A DNA stretch of 64,000 nucleotides from a virus. The stretch covers positions 1 through 64,000 of IMG/VR virus record IMGVR_UViG_3300017729_000001. The stretch is one strand, 5' to 3'. Shown piece by piece: positions 9,577 through 19,280 of the stretch. The notes beneath the pieces are model-generated. The model worked only from the letters and a program-made list of their open reading frames with translations. It was not told the DNA's origin and made no database searches. The first letter of the stretch is position 1. Each line of letters begins with the position of its first letter. The position numbers and the translations under genes are program-made.

Positions 9577-12426
9577 CTACCATCCTTGTAATCTTTTCAT
9601 ACTGCCAACAGATGAATCATCTTTGGGTTTGCGCTTTCTTTCTGATGCTTCAGAATGTGACGCAACTCTCTCTTTAACTTTCGCATCCAAGTCAGGTAAA
9701 TTACCCCCTGAGTGCATCTCGTTGTAATGTTCAACAATATCATCGTGGTCTTCAGCCGTGGCATCTGAATAGTAATCATTATCTGCGTTTGCATCTACGA
9801 TTGGGTTGCCTGACCTCGTCCAGTTTTGCTTTCTTGTTGTCTCATCTTTTTTTTTAGAATCATCTTCAGGCGCATCCTTTTTTCTGTCTTCTCCTAGAAT
9901 CGCATCCAAAGCTGAATCCCATTCTTCTTTCATGCCTTCTTTTTCTTCGTCAGACATCATAGCACCTTCATCCCACTGACCTTTTCCCATTTCGGTTTCA
10001 ATGTCTTGTTCTGAATAACCCTCTTTTCTCAAGCCCATATATTGTTCAAACAATTTAGGTGTGTCCATTTCGCCACCTTGTCTGTTCCAAATATGCTCTC
10101 CCATACTTTCAATAGTCTTCAGTGCGTCAGGTGTAAATTCTTTTGGAGCACCCTTGTCCTCATTAGCAGTGTCCTTATTCTCTTTTGGCTCATCTGAACG
10201 ACCTTGTTTCTCCATTGGTCTTTCCACAGGTATGTCTTCTCTCTCTAAAAGGTCAGCCATAAGTTCTTTGGCATTATCCATACCATTTATAGTTCCTGTT
10301 TCACTCTCGCCAGTCCAGTCAGCAATATCGTGGTTTGCTAATACCTCATCCAAATCGTCAATATGAACTCCTTGTTTGAAATCTCCACCGAACATATCAT
10401 ATAACGCATCTTCAATATCCGACATTGCTATGTCCTCTTGCATCATCTGGTCAGGTGACATATTGTCTGTATCCGCAAACTTGTCTTTCTTCCTTTCCAT
10501 TGGAGTACCATCGTCATTATATCCGCCAGGCATATCCTCTTCATCATTTCTCTGCTCCTCATCTGAGTCATAGTCTTCACCCTCATCTTCTTCACGCTCC
10601 ATTTCACGCTCCATATCTTTCTTAGCCATTGGCTCATCATCTCCAGATGGTTCTTTTAACTTACTGTCGATTAATTCTTGAGCTTCAGAAACAACATCGG
10701 CCATATCTACATTATTCTCCATAAAGAACTGCGCAATATTGTCGGCAGTGCTTCCGCCACCCCCAGTTTCTTGAAAATCAAACCAATCTTTGTCTGCGTC
10801 AATCTCGTTTATTTTCCTTTCAATTATTATGGCAATGTCATCTTGTAGTTCTTCACTCAACTCGTTACCATCCCCATCTTCACCCATATCAACCATATCT
10901 ACTATCGAACCAAATTGCTTCATTGTAGATTCAACCGAACTTGGGTGGTCAGTATGACTTTTTAAATCATCTAGTGCTGATTGAGCAGCATCTATTTTGG
11001 AATGAGTTTCGCTATGGTCAGTCTTATTTGAATCCATCATCTTCATAGCTTGACCAGGTGTTATTCCGTGCTCTATTGCGTAATCAATTATAGAATCTCT
11101 GTCCTCATGACTAGCAAGTGCCTCTTTGACGCTTTCTGGATTGCTATAATCTATCTCAGCAGTTCCTTCACCCTCTTCACCTCGTCCAGAAAGTTCTTGC
11201 TTAGCATGTTCAGCATGTTCCCCATCTGGGTTTTTATCTAAATACGCTTTCAAGTCTTCACTTGAGGTTTCTTTAGCATGGTCTTCAGTGGTTTTAGTGC
11301 CTTTTGGTTCGCTTTCTTCCTCTTCCTCAGGTTGCTTCTTTTCTTCTTGTCCTGACTCATCCTCACCTTGCTTCACCCATCTCGTGGTCTGTCTTCCTTT
11401 ACTATCAGTAAGTTGTTTTTTAACCAAACCACTTTTTCCACCTCCTGAACCTGAATCTCCACGACCAGCAAAATCCATATGACCTTTAACTATGGTGTCA
11501 AAATCTTCTAAAATATCATCTATTCCTTTTGTAAGATTTTCTGCTTCCCATTCTCTTTGATACTTTTCACCATCAGGTGTCTTATCAAAAATCTTTTCTT
11601 CTTTTCTTTCAAGGTTTGAAATTCTGATTTTTAGGTCTTTCATCTGAGGAACAAGTTTTTCCATTTTGGCTTCGACTTCCATCATCATGCCTCCATATCT
11701 ATTCCCATCCGCATCACTCCACTCTTCACCTTTTTGACCAGCCTCATTATTCATGTCTGAATCTAGTTGCTTCAACTCATCTCTACAGTATTTATACTGC
11801 TCAGCTAAATCTTCCAACTCATACTCAAGGTCTTTTCTTGCTTCTTCAACTTTAGCAATTTTAGCATTTCCTTTTCTTTGCTTTCTGCGTCTTGTTGGAC
11901 TTGCTGACTTATCAGCATCCATATATTGTTCTCTGTATTCAGCACTGCTTCTTTCCTCACGTTCTGCTGACGCATCTAACTCAGTTTGGTTTCTAGTTAT
12001 CTGAACAACTTCGCCTGTGTCTTCATCCACGAAATCTTCAACCCACGTTTTGACAACTTTCTCCCATTTACCATCGGCTTTCTTTTTATACTCTTTGCCT
12101 TTCCAAGTTCTAACTTCTCCAATTAGTGCTTTCTTGCCTTTCTCTATATAAAGAGTTTGTTTGATGCCTCTTTCATCAACAGCTTCGATTGGTTGTAAAC
12201 AATCCAATTGCTCTTGCGCCTTCAGTAACTCACTAGTGTTAGTTGCTTTATTAATAGCCTCACTTATGAATCCTTTGACAACATCTTCTGAGTAAATTTT
12301 ATTGTCAGAATTTTCTGACTTTACTTCAGCAAGGCTTTTAATTGGGTCACTAGACACTTCATTAAAACCCTTTAGTATTGTAAGTTTCCTCTGAGCAATT
12401 CGCTCATGGATTGTTTTATCAATCAT
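9577..12426 (-). CDS. Large acidic putative head-internal protein with cleavable pro-region and RpoB-like peptide
   Basis: 949 aa, D/E-rich, repeated hydrophobic-x-K-[GAS] motifs, GEVRTWKG and GLVKKQ...RWVK motifs; directly upstream of portal. Confidence 0.6.
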   Translation of the reverse strand: MIDKTIHERIAQRKLTILKGFNEVSSDPIKSLAEVKSENSDNKIYSEDVVKGFISEAINKATNTSELLKAQEQLDCLQPIEAVDERGIKQTLYIEKGKKALIGEVRTWKGKEYKKKADGKWEKVVKTWVEDFVDEDTGEVVQITRNQTELDASAEREERSSAEYREQYMDADKSASPTRRRKQRKGNAKIAKVEEARKDLEYELEDLAEQYKYCRDELKQLDSDMNNEAGQKGEEWSDADGNRYGGMMMEVEAKMEKLVPQMKDLKIRISNLERKEEKIFDKTPDGEKYQREWEAENLTKGIDDILEDFDTIVKGHMDFAGRGDSGSGGGKSGLVKKQLTDSKGRQTTRWVKQGEDESGQEEKKQPEEEEESEPKGTKTTEDHAKETSSEDLKAYLDKNPDGEHAEHAKQELSGRGEEGEGTAEIDYSNPESVKEALASHEDRDSIIDYAIEHGITPGQAMKMMDSNKTDHSETHSKIDAAQSALDDLKSHTDHPSSVESTMKQFGSIVDMVDMGEDGDGNELSEELQDDIAIIIERKINEIDADKDWFDFQETGGGGSTADNIAQFFMENNVDMADVVSEAQELIDSKLKEPSGDDEPMAKKDMEREMEREEDEGEDYDSDEEQRNDEEDMPGGYNDDGTPMERKKDKFADTDNMSPDQMMQEDIAMSDIEDALYDMFGGDFKQGVHIDDLDEVLANHDIADWTGESETGTINGMDNAKELMADLLEREDIPVERPMEKQGRSDEPKENKDTANEDKGAPKEFTPDALKTIESMGEHIWNRQGGEMDTPKLFEQYMGLRKEGYSEQDIETEMGKGQWDEGAMMSDEEKEGMKEEWDSALDAILGEDRKKDAPEDDSKKKDETTRKQNWTRSGNPIVDANADNDYYSDATAEDHDDIVEHYNEMHSGGNLPDLDAKVKERVASHSEASERKRKPKDDSSVGSMKRLQGW

Positions 12427-12447
12427 ATTAAATTTTTTAGTTTTGAA

Positions 12448-13143
12448 TTACTCAGCTGCTTCTTTACTTCCCTTACTTCCTCTTGGAGGCAATGGTTCAC
12501 CAGGTGACTTTATATCAATAAAATCAATACCATCCTCATCCATTTCGGTGCGAAGTTCTGCAAATGTCTTGTCTAATTCAGCCATTTTAGATGCAGACTT
12601 TTGTTTGTAATCGTCAAATAACATAGCTGATTCAGTTTGAGCTTCAGTTGCTTCATCTAATTCTTTTGCTAAAAGTTCTTTTTCTAAAAGAACACTCATA
12701 GCTTTGCTTCTTATTTCTCTAGTTGCTCTTGCTTTCTCTAGTTGCTCAACTTGTTCTTTAGCCGCATCTGACGCAAAACCAGGCTCAGTTCTCAATCTAA
12801 ACGCATACTCAAGGTCTTCATCTCTTTGTTTAAACTCCTTTTCAATTTCTGGAGTTGTTCTGTACTGTTTAGGTTCACCCTCTTCAGTTTCAGAAAAGTC
12901 TATAATTATACAATTTTTACTTATGTTCTTTGTACACATGTACATTAAGTCTTTATAAGAAACAGTATCACCTACTGTTAATGATAGCAATTTTGCTTTA
13001 CCTTCACTCACTTCATCTAATATAAGTGGTGAGTAACTAATTGCTGATATTACTATCGTTTGGCCTTTTACTTCCAGACCTCTAACTTTTAAACCTCGTC
13101 CACCTGGACCAGTTTCGATTAATAAATTTTTTGTTGTCGCCAT
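12448..13143 (-). CDS. Hypothetical late protein
   Basis: 231-aa ORF; candidate late promoter 42 nt upstream. Confidence 0.6.
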   Translation of the reverse strand: MATTKNLLIETGPGGRGLKVRGLEVKGQTIVISAISYSPLILDEVSEGKAKLLSLTVGDTVSYKDLMYMCTKNISKNCIIIDFSETEEGEPKQYRTTPEIEKEFKQRDEDLEYAFRLRTEPGFASDAAKEQVEQLEKARATREIRSKAMSVLLEKELLAKELDEATEAQTESAMLFDDYKQKSASKMAELDKTFAELRTEMDEDGIDFIDIKSPGEPLPPRGSKGSKEAAE

Positions 13144-13176
13144 TTTACTTGTTATTTAAAATTCTAAATTTTTGAT

Positions 13177-13503
13177 TCAAATACTTAATATCTGTTCGTT
13201 GAACTTATTTAATGATTTGACGTTAAAAGTTATTTCAATGTTCTCAGCAGATGAATGCTTGATGAAAATTCTACCACCTTTCATTTTCATTATCATTTCA
13301 TCATTTATCTTGTTTTCCTCTTTATCTAATACGACCTCACTGTCAAAAGCATCATAAATAAACATGGTCATCGCAATGAAATCATCAGGTTCATTTTGGT
13401 CATCAATATGAAAAGTGACGCAGTCATTTACGTCACTCTGTAGCAATTTTGCTATCCTATTGTACTTGATTAGACTTTCTTCATCCAAAGAAAGTTCGCT
13501 CAA
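13177..13503 (-). CDS. Hypothetical protein (probable TTG start overlapping upstream stop)
   Basis: Track ORF 13177..13605 overlaps the previous gene by about 100 nt; TTGA start/stop overlap at 13500-13503. Confidence 0.45.
   Translation of the reverse strand: MSELSLDEESLIKYNRIAKLLQSDVNDCVTFHIDDQNEPDDFIAMTMFIYDAFDSEVVLDKEENKINDEMIMKMKGGRIFIKHSSAENIEITFNVKSLNKFNEQILSI
13186..13196 (-). promoter_or_regulatory. Candidate late promoter motif AACAGATATTA
   Basis: One-base variant of the recurring 11-mer. Confidence 0.4.
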
Positions 13504-14540
13504 TCTTTCGTAATATATATTTGTTCCGTTTGGGGACTGAATACACTTCTTTGTTTCCCCTCTCCAATTTTCATCTTCCAATACTTTTGAAATTCGCATA
13601 ACCACATTTCTATTTGGTGTAATGTTATTTTCCCCTCTTTGGGTTTTACAATCTTATAGTTGTTCGTTTCAAAGTCCCAGTCAATATATTTGAAATTCCC
13701 ATTTTTTTCTAAATACCCTTTGGCCATATCTCTTAATATGTATATGCCCTTTTCTTGCTCACCCTTTTTTAAAGATGGAAATATCAATCTTATTCCGATG
13801 GAGGCACCTGGACCAACATTAGTAAAATCATCTTGGTCAAACTTCATTAGCTTCATTTTAGAATATCTTGGAGCATATGTAAAGTCCTGATAAAACTCGT
13901 GAGCAATAAAATCTGCTACTGCGGGCAAGGTCTTTAGGAATTTTATTATGTCCTCAGGCTCATTAGCAGTGAGAAGCAATTTGTTTATCTTAGGAATAGC
14001 ACTATGTATTGTCGGCACTACTTTCTGGGTGTAACACCAATCTCTTTTCTTGCCTGGACACGCTTGAGAATTTATCAGATAGGCATTAGTGTATGGGTTG
14101 TTCCCTGTTTTTCTGTACTCATCAACTAGACTGGCCCATTCATCTTTATTGTAATCATCGTAATTCGGCATCATACCTTCAAACGACTTCTCTTGCTTAC
14201 CATACCACTCAAACGCTTCAGGGCAATTAAATATCCTGAATAACATAATCTTCCAAATCAAGTCCTTACGTTTATTTGGTTCCATAAAAACATGCTTTAT
14301 TTGCCATTGTGAATGTCGGTCAAGTTCTCTAAATACATTCGTGAATTTATGGTTAGACATGAATGGGTCATCACTCCATGGTCTTGGTTCTTCTTTGATG
14401 AATCTTTTATGCCATATTTCTTGTCTTTCAAACATGGTTGAGAAAAACAAATTCAAGTTTTCCTCATCAACTTCTTTATCCTCCGATGGTAAAGCATTCC
14501 CCCATGACTTCATTCCATAGGCTGTTCTAAATTCTGCCAT
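13500..14540 (-). CDS. aGPT-Pplase1 family (amino acid:DNA transferase / 5-hmdU DNA kinase helical-domain family) DNA hypermodification enzyme
   Basis: ERQEIW..R, PRPWSDDP, KFTNVFRELDR, LFRIFN, F.AHE..QD, GPGA..G, IEMWLCEFQKY motifs. Confidence 0.85.
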   Translation of the reverse strand: MAEFRTAYGMKSWGNALPSEDKEVDEENLNLFFSTMFERQEIWHKRFIKEEPRPWSDDPFMSNHKFTNVFRELDRHSQWQIKHVFMEPNKRKDLIWKIMLFRIFNCPEAFEWYGKQEKSFEGMMPNYDDYNKDEWASLVDEYRKTGNNPYTNAYLINSQACPGKKRDWCYTQKVVPTIHSAIPKINKLLLTANEPEDIIKFLKTLPAVADFIAHEFYQDFTYAPRYSKMKLMKFDQDDFTNVGPGASIGIRLIFPSLKKGEQEKGIYILRDMAKGYLEKNGNFKYIDWDFETNNYKIVKPKEGKITLHQIEMWLCEFQKYWKMKIGEGKQRSVFSPQTEQIYITKD

Positions 14541-15054
14541 TTACAATTTCTTTTAGTTTATTAACATACTGTTTATCTTCAGCATAGGTTTCTCCCAACT
14601 TCTGATAATATTCTTCGACACTTAACTTTTTAGCATATCTTGATTGCCAAATCATATAGTCAAAAATACAAGACCTCCAATCAGAATAATAAGCATATCC
14701 ATTCTTTTCTTCTAACGATGTAGTTGGACGTTGTCTAGGGTGTTTCATCCCTATCAAATTATTGTTTGACTTTGATAAATTGGAAGTCAATCTGCCACTT
14801 TCTAAAATAATCTGGGCCAATACTATCTCCCAATGTTCCATATTGTTATTCTTTAATAACTGCTCCACCATACATATTGTTATGGAATCGTGATTAGTTT
14901 CAATGTTGGTTTCAACTAATTCATAATGATTATTTTCAGGCAAGCATTCCTCAATCGGCTCATCTTTACTTTTTAACATTAGAATGAAAACCAACATGGC
15001 CATTCCAAATCCAACAATGTAAATGTGTATTCTTGTAGCTTCACTAATTCTCAT
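14527..15054 (-). CDS. GH73/glucosaminidase-type peptidoglycan hydrolase with N-terminal TM anchor
   Basis: LAQIILESG, NNLIGMK, YAYYSDW, YAED..Y..KL motifs. Confidence 0.75.
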   Translation of the reverse strand: MRISEATRIHIYIVGFGMAMLVFILMLKSKDEPIEECLPENNHYELVETNIETNHDSITICMVEQLLKNNNMEHWEIVLAQIILESGRLTSNLSKSNNNLIGMKHPRQRPTTSLEEKNGYAYYSDWRSCIFDYMIWQSRYAKKLSVEEYYQKLGETYAEDKQYVNKLKEIVNGRI

Positions 15055-15056
15055 GA

Positions 15057-15305
15057 CTATATTTTTAAGTAGTTATAAACTTGTTTGCCGTACTTCTTCA
15101 GAATGAGTTTCGTGGTTTCTCGCCCAATCTTATCTTCAGTGAACTTAACTCTAGTGTATGACCCACGACCTGATGAGTAAACCATAATAAATCTAGTGTC
15201 TCCATCAAGCAATGTCTTTACTAATTCTTTCAAGTTGCTACCAATACAATGTTGCTTGGTTGCGTCAGTGACTTGCCTCCTAATTTGTTGTTTCCAATTT
15301 TCCAT
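15057..15305 (-). CDS. Hypothetical protein
   Basis: ORF tiling; A-rich start context TTTAAAGATGGAA. Confidence 0.55.
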   Translation of the reverse strand: MENWKQQIRRQVTDATKQHCIGSNLKELVKTLLDGDTRFIMVYSSGRGSYTRVKFTEDKIGRETTKLILKKYGKQVYNYLKI

Positions 15306-15567
15306 CTTTAAATTTTATTTCATAAGAATGTAAATATCTGTACATTGGTCGCCCATCGTCAGCATCTCCATCGTCATCGACATAAACGTCATGTTCAATA
15401 TCCATAGTTGAAAGTTCCTTATGAAGATTCATTAATAAATCTTCAGGCATAATTTTCCAATATCTGTATCTGAGTGTACATTTATTCTCTGACGTCATCT
15501 TGAAATCGAAATCTTTTTCATTCAATCCTGACTTCAACAACGCTTTATTTACTATCTCATGTATCAT
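15280..15567 (-). CDS. Hypothetical protein (start moved to MIHEIV)
   Basis: Track start at 15603 lies inside a terminator hairpin. Confidence 0.5.
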   Translation of the reverse strand: MIHEIVNKALLKSGLNEKDFDFKMTSENKCTLRYRYWKIMPEDLLMNLHKELSTMDIEHDVYVDDDGDADDGRPMYRYLHSYEIKFKDGKLETTN

Positions 15568-15589
15568 GTTATTAGTAACTTTGTAAAAC

Positions 15590-15614
15590 AAAAAATGAGG
15601 CATTACTGCCCCAT
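15590..15614 (-). terminator. Rho-independent terminator
   Basis: ATGGGGCA-GTAA-TGCCTCAT followed by T run on minus strand. Confidence 0.75.
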
Positions 15615-15645
15615 CTTTCCAAGTATTCTTTGAGTGAAAACTTTA

Positions 15646-16008
15646 TCAGTCCTCATCAAATATTCCTCGTATTGCTTTATAACATTCTACATTCGTCAAG
15701 TCTTTAAATCTCCTAGACATTAGGTCATAAACCTTACAACTCATATCGAAACATTTTTCATCACTAACTTCTAAGTCAGTTCTGTCAATATGTCTTCTTA
15801 CGAACCCATCTACAAGTGATTGGTTATCTAGGTGAGCTACAAAGCCTTGCTCCACAGTACGTTGACTAAATTTTCTTTCACCTATTCTCTCCATATCTAA
15901 AACAATCGTTCCATCTTGTTCTACGTTCTTAAAGGTTGCCATTCTACCATCTTTCTTACTTTGTAAGGCTTTCGCAATTATCATTTCGGTTAAATCAATC
16001 TTTTCCAT
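15646..16008 (-). CDS. Hypothetical early protein
   Basis: Single gene between the repeated promoter and a terminator. Confidence 0.65.
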   Translation of the reverse strand: MEKIDLTEMIIAKALQSKKDGRMATFKNVEQDGTIVLDMERIGERKFSQRTVEQGFVAHLDNQSLVDGFVRRHIDRTDLEVSDEKCFDMSCKVYDLMSRRFKDLTNVECYKAIRGIFDED

Positions 16009-16028
16009 TTTTTAAATTTTTAGTTTAG

Positions 16029-16074
16029 TAATCAATTCTGATACTAAATTACTGTAAATTTACATAACCGCAAA
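16029..16074 (-). promoter_or_regulatory. Repeated early promoter copy 1 (TTTG-N19-TAATTTAG) with TGTAAATTTACA palindrome
   Basis: 40 bp (16029-16068) identical to 20424-20463; near Bacteroidota -33/-7 consensus. Confidence 0.75.
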
Positions 16075-16103
16075 ACTTTTTACAAACTATTTTGTAAATT
16101 ATT

Positions 16104-17048
16104 TTAATTCACTGTACTCGTCATAGCATAAACTGCCATGTCTTTCCAGTCCTCTCCATTCTCCGAATCTGTCCTCATACTTATCACTTTCATCAATGTT
16201 CTGAAGTTTAAATCTCCGCAGTGATGTTGATATTCTTCTAACAGTTCCATACATTCTTCTTTTACATCAAGCTGAATGTCAGGTCTTATTTTATCAAGTA
16301 TTGCTCTCATTCTTTCAATCTTAACAGGATTGGTCATCGACAAATCTATGCTCATAGACCTAGACAAGATTGCTTGATCAATTCTTTCTTGAGGCAAATT
16401 ACTTACGAATATTATGCGCCCATTAAAACTAAATTCTGATGGTAAGTCAGGCAACTCCTTATTAGTTATCCAACTTATCTTTCTTTCATCATAGCTGTCA
16501 AGCGCACCTTTTAATAAGTTCTTTGCCGTTGGGTCTTTTAGTACCTCGTCACAATCGTCAAATATAATGAGCTTATCTGAGTGCTCATACAAAGTCCTAT
16601 AAAGTCCACGTGGCGTTGAATAGCCTTTTACTATCACATAATCAAAATCTTCAATCAAGTTCTTTTTTAGAATCTCTTGCTTCACTGAATGTGATTTTCC
16701 TAGACCACCCTCACCTGTGATTATCATAGAAACAGATGTCTTTTTGATAACCATTCTTATCATGTTTTCTAGGAATCTAAATTTGTCATTTATATTGAAC
16801 TGAGTTGGAGGTGTCATTGAAACAACTTGCTCTCCGATGTCGCTTGATGTTTGTGTTCCGACATTCTGTATATCGGTTGATGAGAGTATCTTTATTTTTT
16901 CAATTCTCCTGTCGAACTTACGACCATCGTCAGATTCAATCGTGTGATACTCGTTTCTGCCTTCTTTTATATACTTACCAAAAACAACCTCTCCACTCCT
17001 TAACCGAATCGAAACAGCTGTCCCAGGTAAAATCTTCATATCCATCAT
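16104..17048 (-). CDS. AAA+/P-loop ATPase
   Basis: Walker A GEGGLGKS, Walker B IIFDDCD, LLKGALDS, AILSRS. Confidence 0.8.
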   Translation of the reverse strand: MMDMKILPGTAVSIRLRSGEVVFGKYIKEGRNEYHTIESDDGRKFDRRIEKIKILSSTDIQNVGTQTSSDIGEQVVSMTPPTQFNINDKFRFLENMIRMVIKKTSVSMIITGEGGLGKSHSVKQEILKKNLIEDFDYVIVKGYSTPRGLYRTLYEHSDKLIIFDDCDEVLKDPTAKNLLKGALDSYDERKISWITNKELPDLPSEFSFNGRIIFVSNLPQERIDQAILSRSMSIDLSMTNPVKIERMRAILDKIRPDIQLDVKEECMELLEEYQHHCGDLNFRTLMKVISMRTDSENGEDWKDMAVYAMTSTVN

Positions 17049-17124
17049 TACAAAAAAGTTTACAATTTAAAAAGTTATGATAATATAAACCTTGTAAATT
17101 TGTAAACCTTGTAATGAAAATGAA

Positions 17125-17379
17125 TTATCTTGAGTATGTCAAAGATGTTCTGTCATCCCAAACATTATCAAATGTTGATTTTCCTTGGGCATATTCTGGA
17201 GTGGTTATTCCGCCACTTGTTGTAGTTCTGATTATAAGCCATTTTGCTTCATCAGTTCCATCTCCTAGCTTTTCGGTGTATCCTGTATATACAACACCTC
17301 CACCAGCATCATGTACGATGGGTGCTGGAATAGAATCTAAATAATTTTGATATACTGCTGCTCTTCTGCTACTTACCAT
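17125..17379 (-). CDS. Small conserved phage (probably virion) protein
   Basis: Y.G....G...A.W.I.R...YA.G...F...W..R.SL.Y pattern seen in small phage structural proteins. Confidence 0.55.
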   Translation of the reverse strand: MVSSRRAAVYQNYLDSIPAPIVHDAGGGVVYTGYTEKLGDGTDEAKWLIIRTTTSGGITTPEYAQGKSTFDNVWDDRTSLTYSR

Positions 17380-17390
17380 TTTTCTTCAAT

Positions 17391-18212
17391 TTAAAATTTT
17401 AATGCTAACATCTGGTCTGGGGTCAATTCATATGATTTACCCTCTTGAATGTTTTTCTCATACATATCTAAGGTCAGAATTTCAGCACAGTTATTGACCC
17501 ATTCTCTTACCAAGCCATTATATTTTTGGTTACATTCTGCTTCCTCAGCACTTCCGCATGGTTGACAGTCAACTTCTCCCTCTCCTATATAGGATGGCAT
17601 AGTTTCACCATAAGAGCACTGATTCCAAGCAAATAATCTATATGGATTATTCACATGTTCCTCAACTCCGTGTAAATGCATTGTTTCAGTAGGCAAGCAA
17701 GTGAACTTTTCTTGACACTCTTCAATTCTTTTTTGAATGCCCATGTTCTCTTTTTCAATCTTGGCTTTTTCATTCATCACTTTTTCAATGATGTCTTTCC
17801 CCTCTTTACTAAATTTGAACACGCTCTGTCCATAGCTTAAAGCATCTGTGATATGACATTTCTCTAGTGCGTATAATTTTCTGAATGAGCTATCTCCATT
17901 ATTGACTTTTACAACAGTCATTTTTGATAGCAAGTCTAATGATGATTTTGAAATCTCATTTAGTTCTTCCGTATCATTGAACCCACCCTTTATAATATCT
18001 CCACCGATTGCCTTTTGAACAGTTTCGATGTATTCTCTTATGTTCTTTTCTTCAAATACCATGAACGCATCACTTTTAAAGTTAGCGTCAAAGTCATCTT
18101 GTGTCAATGACTTTTCAATATTGGTGAATCCATCTAGGTTCAACTTTCCATCAAAGTCATTCGCTGTTAAAAATCTATTCATCTTGCTTGTAATTTTATT
18201 ACTCTTTATCAT
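17391..18212 (-). CDS. Putative head-internal protein with pro-domain related to the 949-aa protein
   Basis: IEKS, VQKA, IIKG, ISKS motifs; N-terminal region alignable to 9577..12426; start may be 18182. Confidence 0.55.
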   Translation of the reverse strand: MIKSNKITSKMNRFLTANDFDGKLNLDGFTNIEKSLTQDDFDANFKSDAFMVFEEKNIREYIETVQKAIGGDIIKGGFNDTEELNEISKSSLDLLSKMTVVKVNNGDSSFRKLYALEKCHITDALSYGQSVFKFSKEGKDIIEKVMNEKAKIEKENMGIQKRIEECQEKFTCLPTETMHLHGVEEHVNNPYRLFAWNQCSYGETMPSYIGEGEVDCQPCGSAEEAECNQKYNGLVREWVNNCAEILTLDMYEKNIQEGKSYELTPDQMLALKF

Positions 18213-18213
18213 C

Positions 18214-18224
18214 TAATATCTGTT
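18214..18224 (-). promoter_or_regulatory. Candidate late promoter motif AACAGATATTA
   Basis: Lies immediately downstream of a terminator and upstream of a putative virion gene. Confidence 0.4.
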
Positions 18225-18230
18225 TGTGCT

Positions 18231-18266
18231 AAAAAAGAATGGAGTGACTAAAAAGCCACCCCACTC
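18231..18266 (-). terminator. Rho-independent terminator
   Basis: GAGTGGGGTGGCT-TTTT-AGTCACTCCATTC followed by T run. Confidence 0.7.
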
Positions 18267-18302
18267 AGCAGAATTGATTATATAACTAAAAAGTCATACA
18301 GC

Positions 18303-19046
18303 TCATCTGAGCATCTTTCGTGTGATAGGTTTTGATGTTCCTTTCACTCCTTTATTTATGCTGACATTCTTGCCAGTTTCTTTTCCTTGTTGATAGGCAC
18401 CTCCACTATTCGTGTAACTCGTTTGCCTAGCTGTTCCTGTCTTCCCCCACTGTTGAGTCACGTAATCACTTATCACAACTCCATTGGTTCTAATTATAGC
18501 TGTAGAACTTTCATTTGCTTTCATGAACTCGTCACGTTCCTTTTTGAACTTCGACCATAGACCATCGGCACATCCTTTTAAGAATGTTCTCAAGAATGTA
18601 TCTTTACCAACTGGCTTTCTATTATCATTCATTTGAACTTCTTTATATTCTTTGTACTTCATTTTACCAACATGTAAGAATGTCGACATCACTGTAGAAT
18701 GAATATATTTACACACTTCTATATTTTCTGGACTTCCTACCATTATCATTTTGTTCATAGCACTACTCCCCATCGTGTAAGCCTTACACCAGTTAAATTC
18801 AGCTATCGTTGACATTACCACAAAACTACTTCGACCTCCAACACCAGGCACTTTTGAGGGCATAGTATCGTGAAGAATCTCCGCACGTGCTTCATCTTCC
18901 GTCAAATCTCCTTTAGTCAAGTTATAATCATTCAGCAGTTTTTGAGCCTTTTGAGCAAATGCTTCTGCTTCTGAAATTGAACCCATTTCTTTCGCTGACT
19001 CTGAGTGAGCCATCAACTTCTTTATTTTATCAATTATTGCTTCCAT
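18303..19046 (-). CDS. DUF2786-type protein
   Basis: IIDKIKKLMA..ES...EAEAFAQKAQKLL..YNL N-terminus; F..G...G and AY..G...G C-terminal motifs. Confidence 0.7.
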   Translation of the reverse strand: MEAIIDKIKKLMAHSESAKEMGSISEAEAFAQKAQKLLNDYNLTKGDLTEDEARAEILHDTMPSKVPGVGGRSSFVVMSTIAEFNWCKAYTMGSSAMNKMIMVGSPENIEVCKYIHSTVMSTFLHVGKMKYKEYKEVQMNDNRKPVGKDTFLRTFLKGCADGLWSKFKKERDEFMKANESSTAIIRTNGVVISDYVTQQWGKTGTARQTSYTNSGGAYQQGKETGKNVSINKGVKGTSKPITRKMLR

Positions 19047-19048
19047 GG

Positions 19049-19273
19049 TTACTTAATTTTTACAGTTTCATAATTACCCTCTTCATTAAAGTTAGCCATC
19101 CATAGTGTTAGATGCTTTCTTGCTTCCTTTCGATTGAGTCCAAATTCACTTTCAACATAAGAGCCAGCACCGAACATGTTCGTTATTCCTGATTCTCTCA
19201 AGTCATTTAAATACTCACAGACATTTTTTTCAATCTCTGTTGCCTTTCTAGTTTTCAATTCTGCTTTTTCCAT
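19049..19273 (-). CDS. Small conserved phage protein
   Basis: YLNDLRESGITNMFGA motif common in phage early proteins. Confidence 0.6.
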   Translation of the reverse strand: MEKAELKTRKATEIEKNVCEYLNDLRESGITNMFGAGSYVESEFGLNRKEARKHLTLWMANFNEEGNYETVKIK

Positions 19274-19280
19274 CTTTAAA

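Noticed and set aside
9597-10640. Alternate-frame minus ORFs 9597..9794 and 10443..10640 (also 19749..19952, 43204..43386, 58820..59143)
   Set aside because: Nested within longer well-supported genes; Met/Arg/Lys-rich composition is the expected frame shift of acidic coding sequence
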